64,000 nucleotides of DNA, taken from an uncultured Planctomycetota bacterium (GTDB taxonomy: Bacteria > Planctomycetota > PLA2 > JAEUHO01). The notes beneath the pieces are model-generated. The model worked only from the letters and a program-made list of their open reading frames with translations. It was not told the origin of the DNA and made no database searches. The stretch is taken from NCBI GenBank assembly GCA_963752285.1, contig CAVVXN010000005.1:224001-288000 (forward strand), read 5' to 3'. Numbering within the stretch: the stretch's first letter is position 1; each line of letters opens with the position of its first letter. Position numbers and translations under genes: made by a program. This document shows positions 27,403 to 36,954 of the stretch, piece by piece.

Positions 27403-28413
27403 CTACGCCTTGGCGGCTTCCTGTTCGAGCTCCTTCTCGACCTCGGCCGCCTTCTTGCCCGCCGTCGTGTCCTCGTACTTCTTCGAGAGCATCGGCTGGA
27501 GCTTCTTCAGCGCCTTCTTCGGGGCCATGTCGCGGATCTCGTCCAGGATCTTGGCGAGCTTCTCTCCCGCCTTCACCTCGCGCTTCCGAGCCTCGTCGGA
27601 GAGGAGGTCCGTGAGCGCCGCGTCCGCCTTCGAGGCCAGGTCGTGGTGCTTGTACAGATCGGCGACCCGGGCGAGCTCCACGGAGGCGTCGTAGTACTTG
27701 CCGGCGTCCACCGCCTTCTGGGCGCTCTCGAGCGTGGAGGTACCGTACCAGACCAGCCAGTCGCGCACGCCCTCGGCGGCCGTCTTGTCGTCGCCCTCGA
27801 GCTTGCCGCCCTCGAGGTGCTTCTCGACCTTGGCGATCGCCTCGGCGTAGTGCTCCTTGAGGAAGACCTTCTTCACGTCGTCGAGGGCGTCCGGCCACCT
27901 CGGGAGGATCTTCGCGCTCGAGAGCTCCTCCTCGAGCTTGCTCTCGGGGAACTCGCCGGGATGGCCGACCCAGAGGACCCGCCCGCCCGTGTCGATGAGG
28001 ACGGCCGAGGGGTACGACGTACGGCCGTACGCCTTCATGCTGTCCGACCTCTCGCTGACGGTCGGGTACTTGACGGAGAAGTCCGCGACGAACTTCTCGA
28101 CGTCGCTCTTGGCGGACTTGCTGATGCCGATGACCTCGACGCCCTTGGACCCGTACTTCTCGAAGAGCTCGTTCAGGTGGACCACCTGCTTCTGGCAAGG
28201 CACTCAGGTGACGCTGAACAGCTCGAGGAACACGACGTGCCCGCGCTGCTCCTTCAAGGTCGTCGGCTCGGTGTTGAAGTAGTCCCGACCCTCGAAGTCG
28301 GGCGCGCTCTCACCGGGCGCGATCTCCGCGTGCGCCGACGGGAGCGGGGCGCCGAGGAGGAAGAGCAACGCGAGGAGGAGCCCGAGGGGGAAGCTTCGGC
28401 GAACGGACGTCAT
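27403..28413 (-). CDS. Exported TlpA/redoxin-family selenoprotein (UxxC) with helical C-terminal domain, 336 aa
   Basis: ORFs 28204-28413 and 27403-28203 are in frame and separated only by TGA at 28204-28206. Read-through gives APDF...RGHVVFLELFSVT-U-VPC-QKQ...GVEVIGIS...YPSAVLIDTGGRV, a complete thioredoxin fold. Confidence 0.87.
28174..28203 (-). promoter_or_regulatory. Putative bacterial SECIS element
   Basis: Hairpin CAGGTG-GTC-CACCTG with a G-U-containing apical loop starting 21 nt after the in-frame UGA. Confidence 0.65.
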
Positions 28414-28475
28414 GAGAGAGTCTCCAGGGCGGCGGCGCCCGTTCCAGTACGCACCGGAATTGTAGCCTCGGTCCG

Positions 28476-31004
28476 TCAGCCGCCGAGAACCTCGGGCGGA
28501 TCCCGCCACGGCCGGCGGCCCCGGAAGGCCTCGAGGTGGGTCTCGATCTCGGCGCGTCGCGCCGAGTCGGAGGTCCCGACCCTCTCCAGGGCCCGCTCGG
28601 CCGCGGGTACGGCGTCGGTGAAGCGCCCCGCCTCCGCGTAGGCCGCGGCGAGCGTGTCGAGCTGGGTCGCCGTGGGGCTCTCCGTCCCGCCGACCAGACG
28701 CTCGGCCAGGACGACCGCTTCGGTGCCGTCGCGGACGGCCGCCTCGGGAGCCGTGGCCAGGAGCCACGCGAGGCTGGTCAGGACCTGGGGGTCCTTCGGA
28801 GCCGTCTCGAGGGCGGCCCGCAGGTGCTTCACCGCCTCGCCGCGGCGTCCGAGCCGGATCAGGATCGTGCTCGCCGCGCCGTGGGCCTCGAGGCTCGACG
28901 GCTCGCGAAGGAGCCAGTCGTCGTAGGCGTGGAGCGCGCCCTTCAGGTCCCCGGCCTGGTAGAGGGCGAAGGCGAGCCGGCGAAGGCTCCGCGTGAGGCT
29001 CCGGTCGAGGTCGAGCGCCTTCTCCAGGTGGTCGATCGCGCCCTGGAGGTCCTGGTCCTCGCCCTCGAGCAGCTCGTAGCCGAGCCCGTCGTGCGCGGCG
29101 GCGCAGGTCGGATCGACCTTCACGGCCGCCGCGAAGGCCTCCCGCGCCTCCTTCTTCTTCCCGAGACGGTCGAGGGCCCAGCCGAGCTGGACGCGCGCCG
29201 GCGCGTACTCGGCGTTCACCGACACGGCCTTCTCGAACTTCTCTACCGCGTCCTCCAGCCGACCCGACTTCACGAGCTCGAGGCCCTGGTCCATCGCGCG
29301 GCGGTGTTCGACGCCGGGGACCTCGATCGTCTGGAACTGGCTGTACGGCACGTTCACGAACTCGGGCAGGTTCACGGCCCGGTTCGCGGCCGTGGAGTGC
29401 GGAATCAGAACCGCCGGCGTGTCGTTACCCTCTCCGTCGAGGTGGGTGAGGAACATCTGCGTGTAGGGCGTGTTCGACTTGGACGTGAACACCAACCAGT
29501 GGCCGTTCGGCGAGAAGGAGTGCCACGAGTTCATGCGCCACGTGTTGCAGCGCATCTCGTGCGCTTTCCCCCCCGCGAGCGGGACGATCCACAGGCGGCC
29601 GTCCGGGCGGAGGAGCTGGGCGTTGTGGCACTTGACGTACACGAGCCAGCGCCCGTCGGGCGAGACCTTGGGGAAGGTGTTGCTCATCCCGTTCTTGGAG
29701 GCGCCCTCGATCGCGACCGGCGTCCCGCCCTTCCCGCCGTTGAACGGGATCCGGTAGAGGTCGTACTGGATGCGGGGCTCGTTGGGGTCGCCCGGGTACG
29801 CGGCGAGCGGCTTGTCCTCGCCGTAGGGGTCGAACGCCGGGGCGCGCGCGAAGACGAGGTCCTTGCCGTCGGGGGTCCAGACCGCGCTGCAATGCACGTA
29901 GTCCGTGTCGTCCGCACCGGGAAGCGCCTTCATCTCCTTCGTCTCGCGGTCGTACCAGGCCAGGATGCCGCGGGTGGGGAAGAAGACCTGGAGGATCTCG
30001 TAGTTCGTGAAGTTCGCGACGTAGAGCTTCTCGTTGACGGTCGAGACGGCGTAGCGCCCGGTGGGTGACATGCGCGAGAGGAACCCGAGGGTGTTGAGTC
30101 CCGGGGTCTTCCCCGGGAAGGCGTTCCACGTGATGATGTCGTCGTACCCGATCACGACGTCCTTCTTCACGGGCACGATCGCGTACGTCCCCTTGTCGCC
30201 GTCCGGACCGTCCACGTCCATTCCCAGGGTCGAGCCGTCCTGCGAGAAGGAGTGACAGTTGGCGCACGTGGGCATGTGGGAGAGGACCACGCGGCTCTCG
30301 GGCCGGGAGACGTCGCGGAGCCGCCAGTTGATCAGCTTCACCGTGCCCTTGGCGAGCGGCTGGATGACGCCCTTCTCCGTCTTGCCGGGCGCGAGGGGCA
30401 CGTCGCGGTAGAAGATGGGCGCGCCGACCGGGTCCTTCGAGGTCTCGAAGCGGAGGTGGCCGCGCGACAGGGCCTTCCCCGGCGACGCGGACGCGACACC
30501 CGTGATCGTGAGGCGGGCCCACCGCTCGGTCGTCTTCTTCACGACGGCCCGCCAGAGGTCCTCGCTCGGCGTCCACGCGTGGGCGAAGGCGCCGGGGCGG
30601 TCCGGGAGACGGTTCGTCGGGGCTTCGCAGTCGATGTCGATCGGGCCGTACTCCGGCGGCGACCCCGGGACGAGGGCGCGGAGCGGGGGCCCTCCGTCCT
30701 CCGGCGCGATCTCGACCACCCAGCCGTCCACGCCGTCGGTGTCGTCGGTCCAGCGGACCGTCGGCGGCACGAGGTCGGGGGGGTAGACCGTCTCGTCGAG
30801 CGGGTAGTCGATCGCGAGGGCGGCGCCGGCCTTGGCCGTCGCGGCCTCCCCGAGCGAGGGAACGCGGTCCGAGGCGGTCGCGGCCGGGAGCCCCCACCCC
30901 GGGGCCTCGATGGCCAGGGCGCCCGGGGACGAGGGCGGCGCCTCCTTACCGCATCCGGCGAAGATCGTGGCCAGGACCGCGAGGAACGCGTACGTACGTC
31001 GCAC
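28476..31004 (-). CDS. Lipoprotein with TolB-like (PD40) beta-propeller, CxxCH motif and C-terminal TPRs
   Basis: Lipobox FAGC; CANCH; WTPDG, VSPDG and FSPNG repeats; TPR tail ending LDTLAAAYAEAGRF. Confidence 0.85.
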   Translation of the reverse strand: MRRTYAFLAVLATIFAGCGKEAPPSSPGALAIEAPGWGLPAATASDRVPSLGEAATAKAGAALAIDYPLDETVYPPDLVPPTVRWTDDTDGVDGWVVEIAPEDGGPPLRALVPGSPPEYGPIDIDCEAPTNRLPDRPGAFAHAWTPSEDLWRAVVKKTTERWARLTITGVASASPGKALSRGHLRFETSKDPVGAPIFYRDVPLAPGKTEKGVIQPLAKGTVKLINWRLRDVSRPESRVVLSHMPTCANCHSFSQDGSTLGMDVDGPDGDKGTYAIVPVKKDVVIGYDDIITWNAFPGKTPGLNTLGFLSRMSPTGRYAVSTVNEKLYVANFTNYEILQVFFPTRGILAWYDRETKEMKALPGADDTDYVHCSAVWTPDGKDLVFARAPAFDPYGEDKPLAAYPGDPNEPRIQYDLYRIPFNGGKGGTPVAIEGASKNGMSNTFPKVSPDGRWLVYVKCHNAQLLRPDGRLWIVPLAGGKAHEMRCNTWRMNSWHSFSPNGHWLVFTSKSNTPYTQMFLTHLDGEGNDTPAVLIPHSTAANRAVNLPEFVNVPYSQFQTIEVPGVEHRRAMDQGLELVKSGRLEDAVEKFEKAVSVNAEYAPARVQLGWALDRLGKKKEAREAFAAAVKVDPTCAAAHDGLGYELLEGEDQDLQGAIDHLEKALDLDRSLTRSLRRLAFALYQAGDLKGALHAYDDWLLREPSSLEAHGAASTILIRLGRRGEAVKHLRAALETAPKDPQVLTSLAWLLATAPEAAVRDGTEAVVLAERLVGGTESPTATQLDTLAAAYAEAGRFTDAVPAAERALERVGTSDSARRAEIETHLEAFRGRRPWRDPPEVLGG

Positions 31005-31133
31005 CGATCTCTCCGTTGCCGTCGCCGAAAGCTCGGGCTCATCGTACCGGCCGCCGGACGGCGGCGCGGTCGCGCGGGTCCATCGGAGGTGGGCGGCGAC
31101 GTGCGGCGGGCGTCTCGCGGGCGGGTCGCGCGC

Positions 31134-31352
31134 CTACGACTCGGCGATCGGGATCCGCGTCCATCGCGTGGGCCGTCGGCACTCCGGGCACGGTGGATAG
31201 CGCGCGGGGGGAACCACCATCGCGAGCTCCATGCGATGGCAGTCGCTCCGGAAGATCCCCGGCGACGCGCAGGCGCTCCCCGTCGAGCCGAGGGCTTCCG
31301 TCGCGTGGTCGGAGGCGGGCTGCGTGGGGATGGCGGGCTCCCGGGCCGGCAC
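31134..31352 (-). CDS. Possible small zinc-ribbon protein (YjzC-like pattern)
   Basis: STGSACASPGIFRSDCH...RYPPCPEC...W fills an otherwise empty 470-bp gap; start uncertain. Confidence 0.5.
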   Translation of the reverse strand: MPAREPAIPTQPASDHATEALGSTGSACASPGIFRSDCHRMELAMVVPPARYPPCPECRRPTRWTRIPIAES

Positions 31353-31476
31353 CCTGGAAACCTGGTGACCGGTCCGGGTGGCCCGATCGGCCGAATGGCG
31401 CCTCGGACTTGAGGGTCCGAAATCGAGAGATGGGACGGCGGGCCCGCGGCCCGGCCGTCGTGCGGCCCGCCGCGCG

Positions 31477-33636
31477 CTACTGGAAGAGCATCTGGTGGTA
31501 CGTGGGGAAGGGCCAGAGCGAGGCGTCGCTCCGGCGTTCCACGGCGTCCGCGGCCGCACGGAGCTCGGCCATCGCGGGCACGAGGTGGTCGGTCAGGTGG
31601 CGCGCCTCCCGGTCGGGGTCGTCCTCGGGCGCCTCCCGGAGCGCGCGGCGAACCGCGTTCAGCCCGCGGAAGACCTGGTTCAGCGCGTCGGTGAAGTGCG
31701 CGAGCTCCGCGCGCTGCTCGTCGGTGGGGAGGCCCAGCTCGGACGCGGCGCGGATCGACTCCGCCGCCATCCGCTGGTGTGCGAGCCCGGCGGGGAGCAC
31801 GCCCGTCTTGACCATCCGGAGCATCTGGACGCCCTCGATGACGAGGTGGCGACCGTACGCCTCGAGCGAGACGCGATGGCGCGCGCGGATCTCGTGCGGA
31901 CGGAAGACGCCGTAGCGTTCCAAGAGCTCCACGTTCGACGGCTCGAGAAGCGACTCGAGCGCCGCGGGGGTGTCCTTCGCGTTGGGCAGGCCGCGGCGTT
32001 CCGCCTCCTTCCGCCACTCCGCGCTGTAGTTGTTCCCGTTGAACACGACCGGCCGCGCCTGGACGTACGCGTCGCGCACGACCTCGAGGATCGCGCTGTC
32101 TCCCGGCTCGCCGGCGGCCAGACGCTTCTGGAGCTGATCGCTCATCTCGTCGAGCGCCTCGGCGACGGCCACGTCGAGGTAGGTCATCGGCATCGCGATC
32201 GACTGCGACGATCCGACCGCGCGGAACTCGAACTTGTTGCCCGTGAACGCGAAGGGCGAGGTGCGGTTCCGGTCCGTGTTGTCGCGCTTGACCTGCGGCA
32301 GGACGCGGAGGCCCGTCTCGATGACCTCCTCCTTCACGTCCTCGACCGTGCGGCCCTCGGCCAGCGTCTCGAGGATCTCGGACAGCCGGTCTCCGAGGAA
32401 CGCCGAGATGATCGCCGGCGGGGCCTCGTTCGCGCCCAGCCGGTGGTCGTTCCCGGAGTGGGCGATCGACGCGCGCAGGAGCGACGCGCGCCGGTGCACG
32501 CCCTTCAACACCGCGACGAGGAAGAACAGGAACTCGAGGTTGCGGTGCGGTGTGTCGCCGGGGTCGAGCAGGTTGCGTCCCTGGTCGTCCTGCATCGACC
32601 AGTTCGAGTGCTTGCCCGAGCCGTTTACGCCCGCGAAGGGCTTCTCGTGGAACAGGACGGCCATGCCGCGGCGCTTCGCGACACGGCGCATCAGCTCCAT
32701 CAGGATCTGGTTCTGGTCCACGGCGACGTGCGCGGGCCCGAAGATCGGCGCCACTTCGTACTGGTGGGGGGCCACCTCGTTGTGGCGGGTCTTGAGCGGG
32801 ATCCCGAGCGACCACGCCTCGGCCTCGAACTCGGCCATGAACTCGAGCGCGGTCTGGTCGATCGCCCCGAAGTAGTGGTCCTCGAGCTGCTGACCCTTGG
32901 GCGGCGACGCTCCGATCACGGTGCGGCCCGTGACCTGGAGGTCCGGCCGGCCGTCGTAGTACGAGCGGCGAACGAGGAAGTACTCCTGTTCCGCGCCGAG
33001 CGTGGCGATGACCTGCCGCGACTCGCTCCCGAGCAGCCCGAGGGCCCGGACCGCCGACCGCGAGAGCCGCTCGAGCGAGCGGAGGAGCGGCGTCTTCTTG
33101 TCGAGCGCCTCTCCCGTGTACGACACGAACACGGAGGGGATCGTGAGGGTCGCGCCCCCCTCGTGGAAGACGAGGAACGCCGGCGAGGTCGGGTCCCACG
33201 CCGTGTACCCGCGGGCCTCGAAGGTCGAACGCATGCCCCCGCTCGGGAAGGACGACGCGTCGGGCTCGGCCTGGATGAGCTGGGCGCCGGTGAACGCCTC
33301 CAGCGGCGCGCCCTCGCCGAGGGTGAGGAAGGCGTCGTGCTTCTCGGCCGTCGCGCCGGTCAGGGGCTGGAACCAGTGCGTGAAGTGCGTCGCGCCGTGC
33401 TCGAGCGCCCAGTCCTTCATGGCGCCGGCGACGGCGTCGGCCAGGGTCGTGTCGAGGGCCTCTCCCCTCCGGATCGTGGCCTGCAGGGCCTCGAAGACGG
33501 GGCGGGGCAGACGCCGCTTCATGGTCGCGAGGTCGAAGGTGTGGCGTCCGAACCGGCTGGAGGCCGGACCGGAGCTCTCCGGCGCGGGCAGGGCGGAAGG
33601 CGGGGTCGCGGGACGGGACATCGTGGTCTCGGGCAT
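31477..33636 (-). CDS. glnA: Glutamine synthetase type III
   Basis: THWFQPLTGATAEKHD, EPDASSFPSGG, RGYTAWD, HNEVAP, HEKPFAGVNGSGKH, RLGANEAPPAI, DRNRTSPFAFTGNKFEFR. Confidence 0.95.
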   Translation of the reverse strand: MPETTMSRPATPPSALPAPESSGPASSRFGRHTFDLATMKRRLPRPVFEALQATIRRGEALDTTLADAVAGAMKDWALEHGATHFTHWFQPLTGATAEKHDAFLTLGEGAPLEAFTGAQLIQAEPDASSFPSGGMRSTFEARGYTAWDPTSPAFLVFHEGGATLTIPSVFVSYTGEALDKKTPLLRSLERLSRSAVRALGLLGSESRQVIATLGAEQEYFLVRRSYYDGRPDLQVTGRTVIGASPPKGQQLEDHYFGAIDQTALEFMAEFEAEAWSLGIPLKTRHNEVAPHQYEVAPIFGPAHVAVDQNQILMELMRRVAKRRGMAVLFHEKPFAGVNGSGKHSNWSMQDDQGRNLLDPGDTPHRNLEFLFFLVAVLKGVHRRASLLRASIAHSGNDHRLGANEAPPAIISAFLGDRLSEILETLAEGRTVEDVKEEVIETGLRVLPQVKRDNTDRNRTSPFAFTGNKFEFRAVGSSQSIAMPMTYLDVAVAEALDEMSDQLQKRLAAGEPGDSAILEVVRDAYVQARPVVFNGNNYSAEWRKEAERRGLPNAKDTPAALESLLEPSNVELLERYGVFRPHEIRARHRVSLEAYGRHLVIEGVQMLRMVKTGVLPAGLAHQRMAAESIRAASELGLPTDEQRAELAHFTDALNQVFRGLNAVRRALREAPEDDPDREARHLTDHLVPAMAELRAAADAVERRSDASLWPFPTYHQMLFQ

Positions 33637-33703
33637 ATGGGGAACCTCCCTGGAACGCGGCCGATTCTCGGACGCGTCGAGGCCCGTTCCCCCCCGAATC
33701 CCG

Positions 33704-35029
33704 CTAATGGGCGGATGAGCCGCCGTAGAGGTAGAGCGCCCGCTCGGCCTGCAGGAGGGGGCTGTAGGGCAACGGGTCCTTGAAGCCCGGATCCTGGCGC
33801 GGCTCGATCGAGCCGAGCGTGTCCTTGAGGTAGGTGACGAGACGGTCCGCGCTGCCCGCCTCGCCCCAGCGGAGCCCGACGGCGTCGCGCAGCACGCGTT
33901 CCTCGGCCGAGACGTCGGGCGCCGCGAGGTCCTCGACCAGCTTCGCGACGGGGCCGTCCTGGGGGGGCGCCGGTCCGACCAGGCAGAGCTGGATCGCCAG
34001 CCGCGGCCGGGCCGAGAGGGGGCCGCCGCGCGCGCCCTTCTTCCACCACGTCTCGATGCGGGAGAACGCCTCGGAGTCGCCGCGGCGGTAGCGGTGGACC
34101 ACGGCGTCGAGGTACCAGAGGAGGAGCATGTCCACGGGGCGCTCGAACGGGATCTGCGGGAGGACCCGCGCCTCCGCCGCCCAGCGCCCGCCGGCGACGA
34201 GTCCGATCGAGGCCATCGCCGCGTCCGCCCGGTCGTTCGGCGCGGAGCTCTTCGCGAGCTCGTTCACCACCCCCTCGAGCGCGTCGAGCGCGCCGGCGTC
34301 CTCGGAGCGGCCGAGCGCCAGGCAGGAGATCGCCCAGTCGGGGCGGCGCTTCTGCCTCGCGTCGCTCTCCACCTCCTCCTTCAGCCGCCCCAGGTCCGCG
34401 TCCCGTTCGGGGTACGGGTCGGGGCCCATCTGGAGGCGCGCGGCCGCGAGGTCGGCTTCGAGGTCCTGCTTCGCGCGGAGCTCGTCGAGCATGCGGCGCT
34501 GGAGCGCTTGGGAGCCGAAGAACCAGGTCGTGAAGTAGAGGGACGCCCACCGAGGCAGGGGATTGTCGCCCGAGAGGGTGTCGAACCGCTCGAGCGCCTG
34601 GGGGTCGCCGCCGTCCGCGAGCACCGACGTGACGACGTCCGAGATCGGAGGCTGGGGGCGTTCCATGTGCACCGGGTCGTCGAAAGCGACGTCGAGGAGC
34701 AGGAGCCTCCCGAGACGCCGCGTGGCGTCGGGCAGGTCCCGCCGGAGCCCGGGGTCGCGCCAGACCGTGTCGATGGCCGGGCCGGCCAGGTGGGAGTGGA
34801 GGAGCAGCCGGGCCGCGTACCAACGGTCCTCCGCACGGTCGCCGTAGCGACCGAGATAGTCCTCGACGCTCGCCACGAACTGCTGCACCCCCTCGGGGTT
34901 GCCGAAGGCAGAGCCGGCGAGACGCTCCAGGTTCTTCCGGTCGGCGTCGCGCCGGGGATCGCCCTGGACGCGCCAGACGACGAACCCGAGGACGAGGAGG
35001 ACGAGGAGCGGCGGCAACCATCGCTTCAT
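33704..35029 (-). CDS. Membrane-anchored hypothetical protein
   Basis: 441-aa ORF with N-terminal hydrophobic helix and coding-like GC3 bias. Confidence 0.7.
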   Translation of the reverse strand: MKRWLPPLLVLLVLGFVVWRVQGDPRRDADRKNLERLAGSAFGNPEGVQQFVASVEDYLGRYGDRAEDRWYAARLLLHSHLAGPAIDTVWRDPGLRRDLPDATRRLGRLLLLDVAFDDPVHMERPQPPISDVVTSVLADGGDPQALERFDTLSGDNPLPRWASLYFTTWFFGSQALQRRMLDELRAKQDLEADLAAARLQMGPDPYPERDADLGRLKEEVESDARQKRRPDWAISCLALGRSEDAGALDALEGVVNELAKSSAPNDRADAAMASIGLVAGGRWAAEARVLPQIPFERPVDMLLLWYLDAVVHRYRRGDSEAFSRIETWWKKGARGGPLSARPRLAIQLCLVGPAPPQDGPVAKLVEDLAAPDVSAEERVLRDAVGLRWGEAGSADRLVTYLKDTLGSIEPRQDPGFKDPLPYSPLLQAERALYLYGGSSAH

Positions 35030-35223
35030 GGGTGGGCCCGGGCGGGTCGCTCGACGTCTGGCCCCCCGCGGGACCCGGTCGCGGGGGAACCGCAGGTCGG
35101 AGGCGCGTGCGGGCCGCCGCCAGCCCGGGAGCCGTCTCCCGTGCGGCCGTCCCGCATGACCTCGGGTGCGAAGGAGCCTACCATGGGCGCGGCGGGCCCT
35201 CCCCCGCCCGGAGGGAGTCTTCG

Positions 35224-35616
35224 ATGCGCTGGATCCCCGTTCTGCTCCTGGTCGCGTTGGGCGGCGTGTTCGCGGCGAGCCGCGCCCGCGGTGACGACGC
35301 CAGCTCCACGGAACCCGCCGTGCTCAAGCAGCGGTTGGACGCTCTCGACTTCGAGGTGTCCTACCTGCTCGCACGCGAGCGGGCGCTCACGGACTACGTG
35401 ACGAAGAACCAGGACCGCGCACGGGCGCTCGAGCGCGGGATCGCCCAGGTGCGCGCCCAGGGCTTCACCGGCGGCGCGATCTCGTCCACGTCCCGGGAGA
35501 CCCTCCTGGCGACGTTCGAGGCCGTGGCGCGGGACCTCCAGAAGGAGGTGCCCGTCATGACGGCGGAGCAGGGCCGCGCGCTGGAGCAGATCCAGCGGTT
35601 GCAGAAGAAGCACTGA
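35224..35616 (+). CDS. Small exported coiled-coil hypothetical protein
   Basis: GGAG RBS, signal peptide MRWIPVLLLVALGG...ARG, helical body. Confidence 0.7.
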   Translation: MRWIPVLLLVALGGVFAASRARGDDASSTEPAVLKQRLDALDFEVSYLLARERALTDYVTKNQDRARALERGIAQVRAQGFTGGAISSTSRETLLATFEAVARDLQKEVPVMTAEQGRALEQIQRLQKKH

Positions 35617-36895
35617 GCTTCCTCAGGAGCCGCGCCCGCCGGTGCCGGAACGCGTCCGCTGCGGGCGAGCCCGGCGCGGCGCGCGCGAGGGCGCGATCGG
35701 TCCAGGTGAGCGCCGTCACGAGGTCGTGGCGCCGGTGCTCGTGGATCTTCGCGACCTGCTCGTAGGCCTCCGACTCGAAGGTCGCGCCCGCGGACGCCAG
35801 CAGGTCGAAGTGTTGGAGCGCGTCGTCCCAGCGGCCCTCGCGCCGGCACGCGTGACCGAGGGCCCTCAGCACCACGCGGCGCTCGCGCGGGCTCGCCACC
35901 TCGAGAGCCCGTTCCAGGCAGCCGCCGACATCGTCGCGGCGTCCGATCTCCTCGAGGAGCCGCGCCGTGGCGAGGAGGTCCTTCGTGGTGGCGGACGTGC
36001 GCTCCCAGGGCGCCGCGATCGTCTCCCCGGCCAGGGCCATCAGCGCCACCATGCTCACGACGTCGGTCTCGTTGTGGGCGAAGGCGCGCGCGACCTCGTG
36101 GGGCGGGCCGCCGCGCACGTACGCGAAGTAGGCCGCCGGGATCTCGGCGCCGCGCAAGTCGTCCACGCGCGCGTGGCCGAGCAGCGCCGTCTCGAGCGCG
36201 CCGAGCGTGTGCGACGCGACGCTGTCCGCCCAGAGCCGTCGGGCGAGGGGCAGCAGGTCGAGGTGGGCGCGCGCCCGCGTGGAGAGCCGGTTCAGGGCGA
36301 ACCGCGTCGTCAGGAGCGGCCAGTCGAACGCGCGCCCGTTGAACGTCACCAGCGGCCGGTCGCCGAGGTCCTCGTGGAGCGCGAGGAGCAGCGCCGGCTC
36401 CTCGGGGTAGTCGCGCATGCAGTACTGGCGCACGACGAGCAGGCCGTCCTCGACCGCGCCCGTCCCGACGAGGAACGCGACGGTGCCGGTGCCCCCGGAG
36501 AGCCCCGTCGTCTCGGTGTCGAGGAACACCGCCTCCTCCGCCCGGAGGTGCGTCCGGCCCTCGGGACCCCGCTCGGGGCGTCGGAGCGGGACGGGCACGC
36601 CCCGCGCGCGTGCGAGGGCCACCTCTCCGTGACGTCGGTCGAGCGGCATGCGTCGCTCGACGTAGAGGAACGGGCCCGCGGCGGTCGCCCGCTCCGCGCC
36701 GCCGACGAGCTCGGCGAGAGCGGGTCCCGACCGGGCGCGTCCCGGGTCGGCGCGGCCAGCGCGCTCGGTCCCGAGGTCCGCGAGACGCCGCAGCAGGTCG
36801 CCGCCTCGTGGCGGCGCGGCGGGGCCGGGCGTGGGGGCGGCGGGGGCCTCGCCCTCGAGGAGCATGCGCCGTAGGCGGTCGGGCGGCGTCGCCAC
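35555..36895 (-). CDS. YprB/MrfB-like RNase H-fold exonuclease with C-terminal TPR
   Basis: FLDTETTGLSGGTGT, TFNGRAFDWP, HLDLL, HNETD, AKIHEHR; directly downstream of the DUF1998 helicase. Confidence 0.85.
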   Translation of the reverse strand: MATPPDRLRRMLLEGEAPAAPTPGPAAPPRGGDLLRRLADLGTERAGRADPGRARSGPALAELVGGAERATAAGPFLYVERRMPLDRRHGEVALARARGVPVPLRRPERGPEGRTHLRAEEAVFLDTETTGLSGGTGTVAFLVGTGAVEDGLLVVRQYCMRDYPEEPALLLALHEDLGDRPLVTFNGRAFDWPLLTTRFALNRLSTRARAHLDLLPLARRLWADSVASHTLGALETALLGHARVDDLRGAEIPAAYFAYVRGGPPHEVARAFAHNETDVVSMVALMALAGETIAAPWERTSATTKDLLATARLLEEIGRRDDVGGCLERALEVASPRERRVVLRALGHACRREGRWDDALQHFDLLASAGATFESEAYEQVAKIHEHRRHDLVTALTWTDRALARAAPGSPAADAFRHRRARLLRKLSASSATAGSAPARGPAPPS

Positions 36896-36954
36896 GGGGG
36901 GATTCTACGGAGCCCCGACCCCCGTACCGCGCCGCCGGCCCCCGAGCGAGCGGT

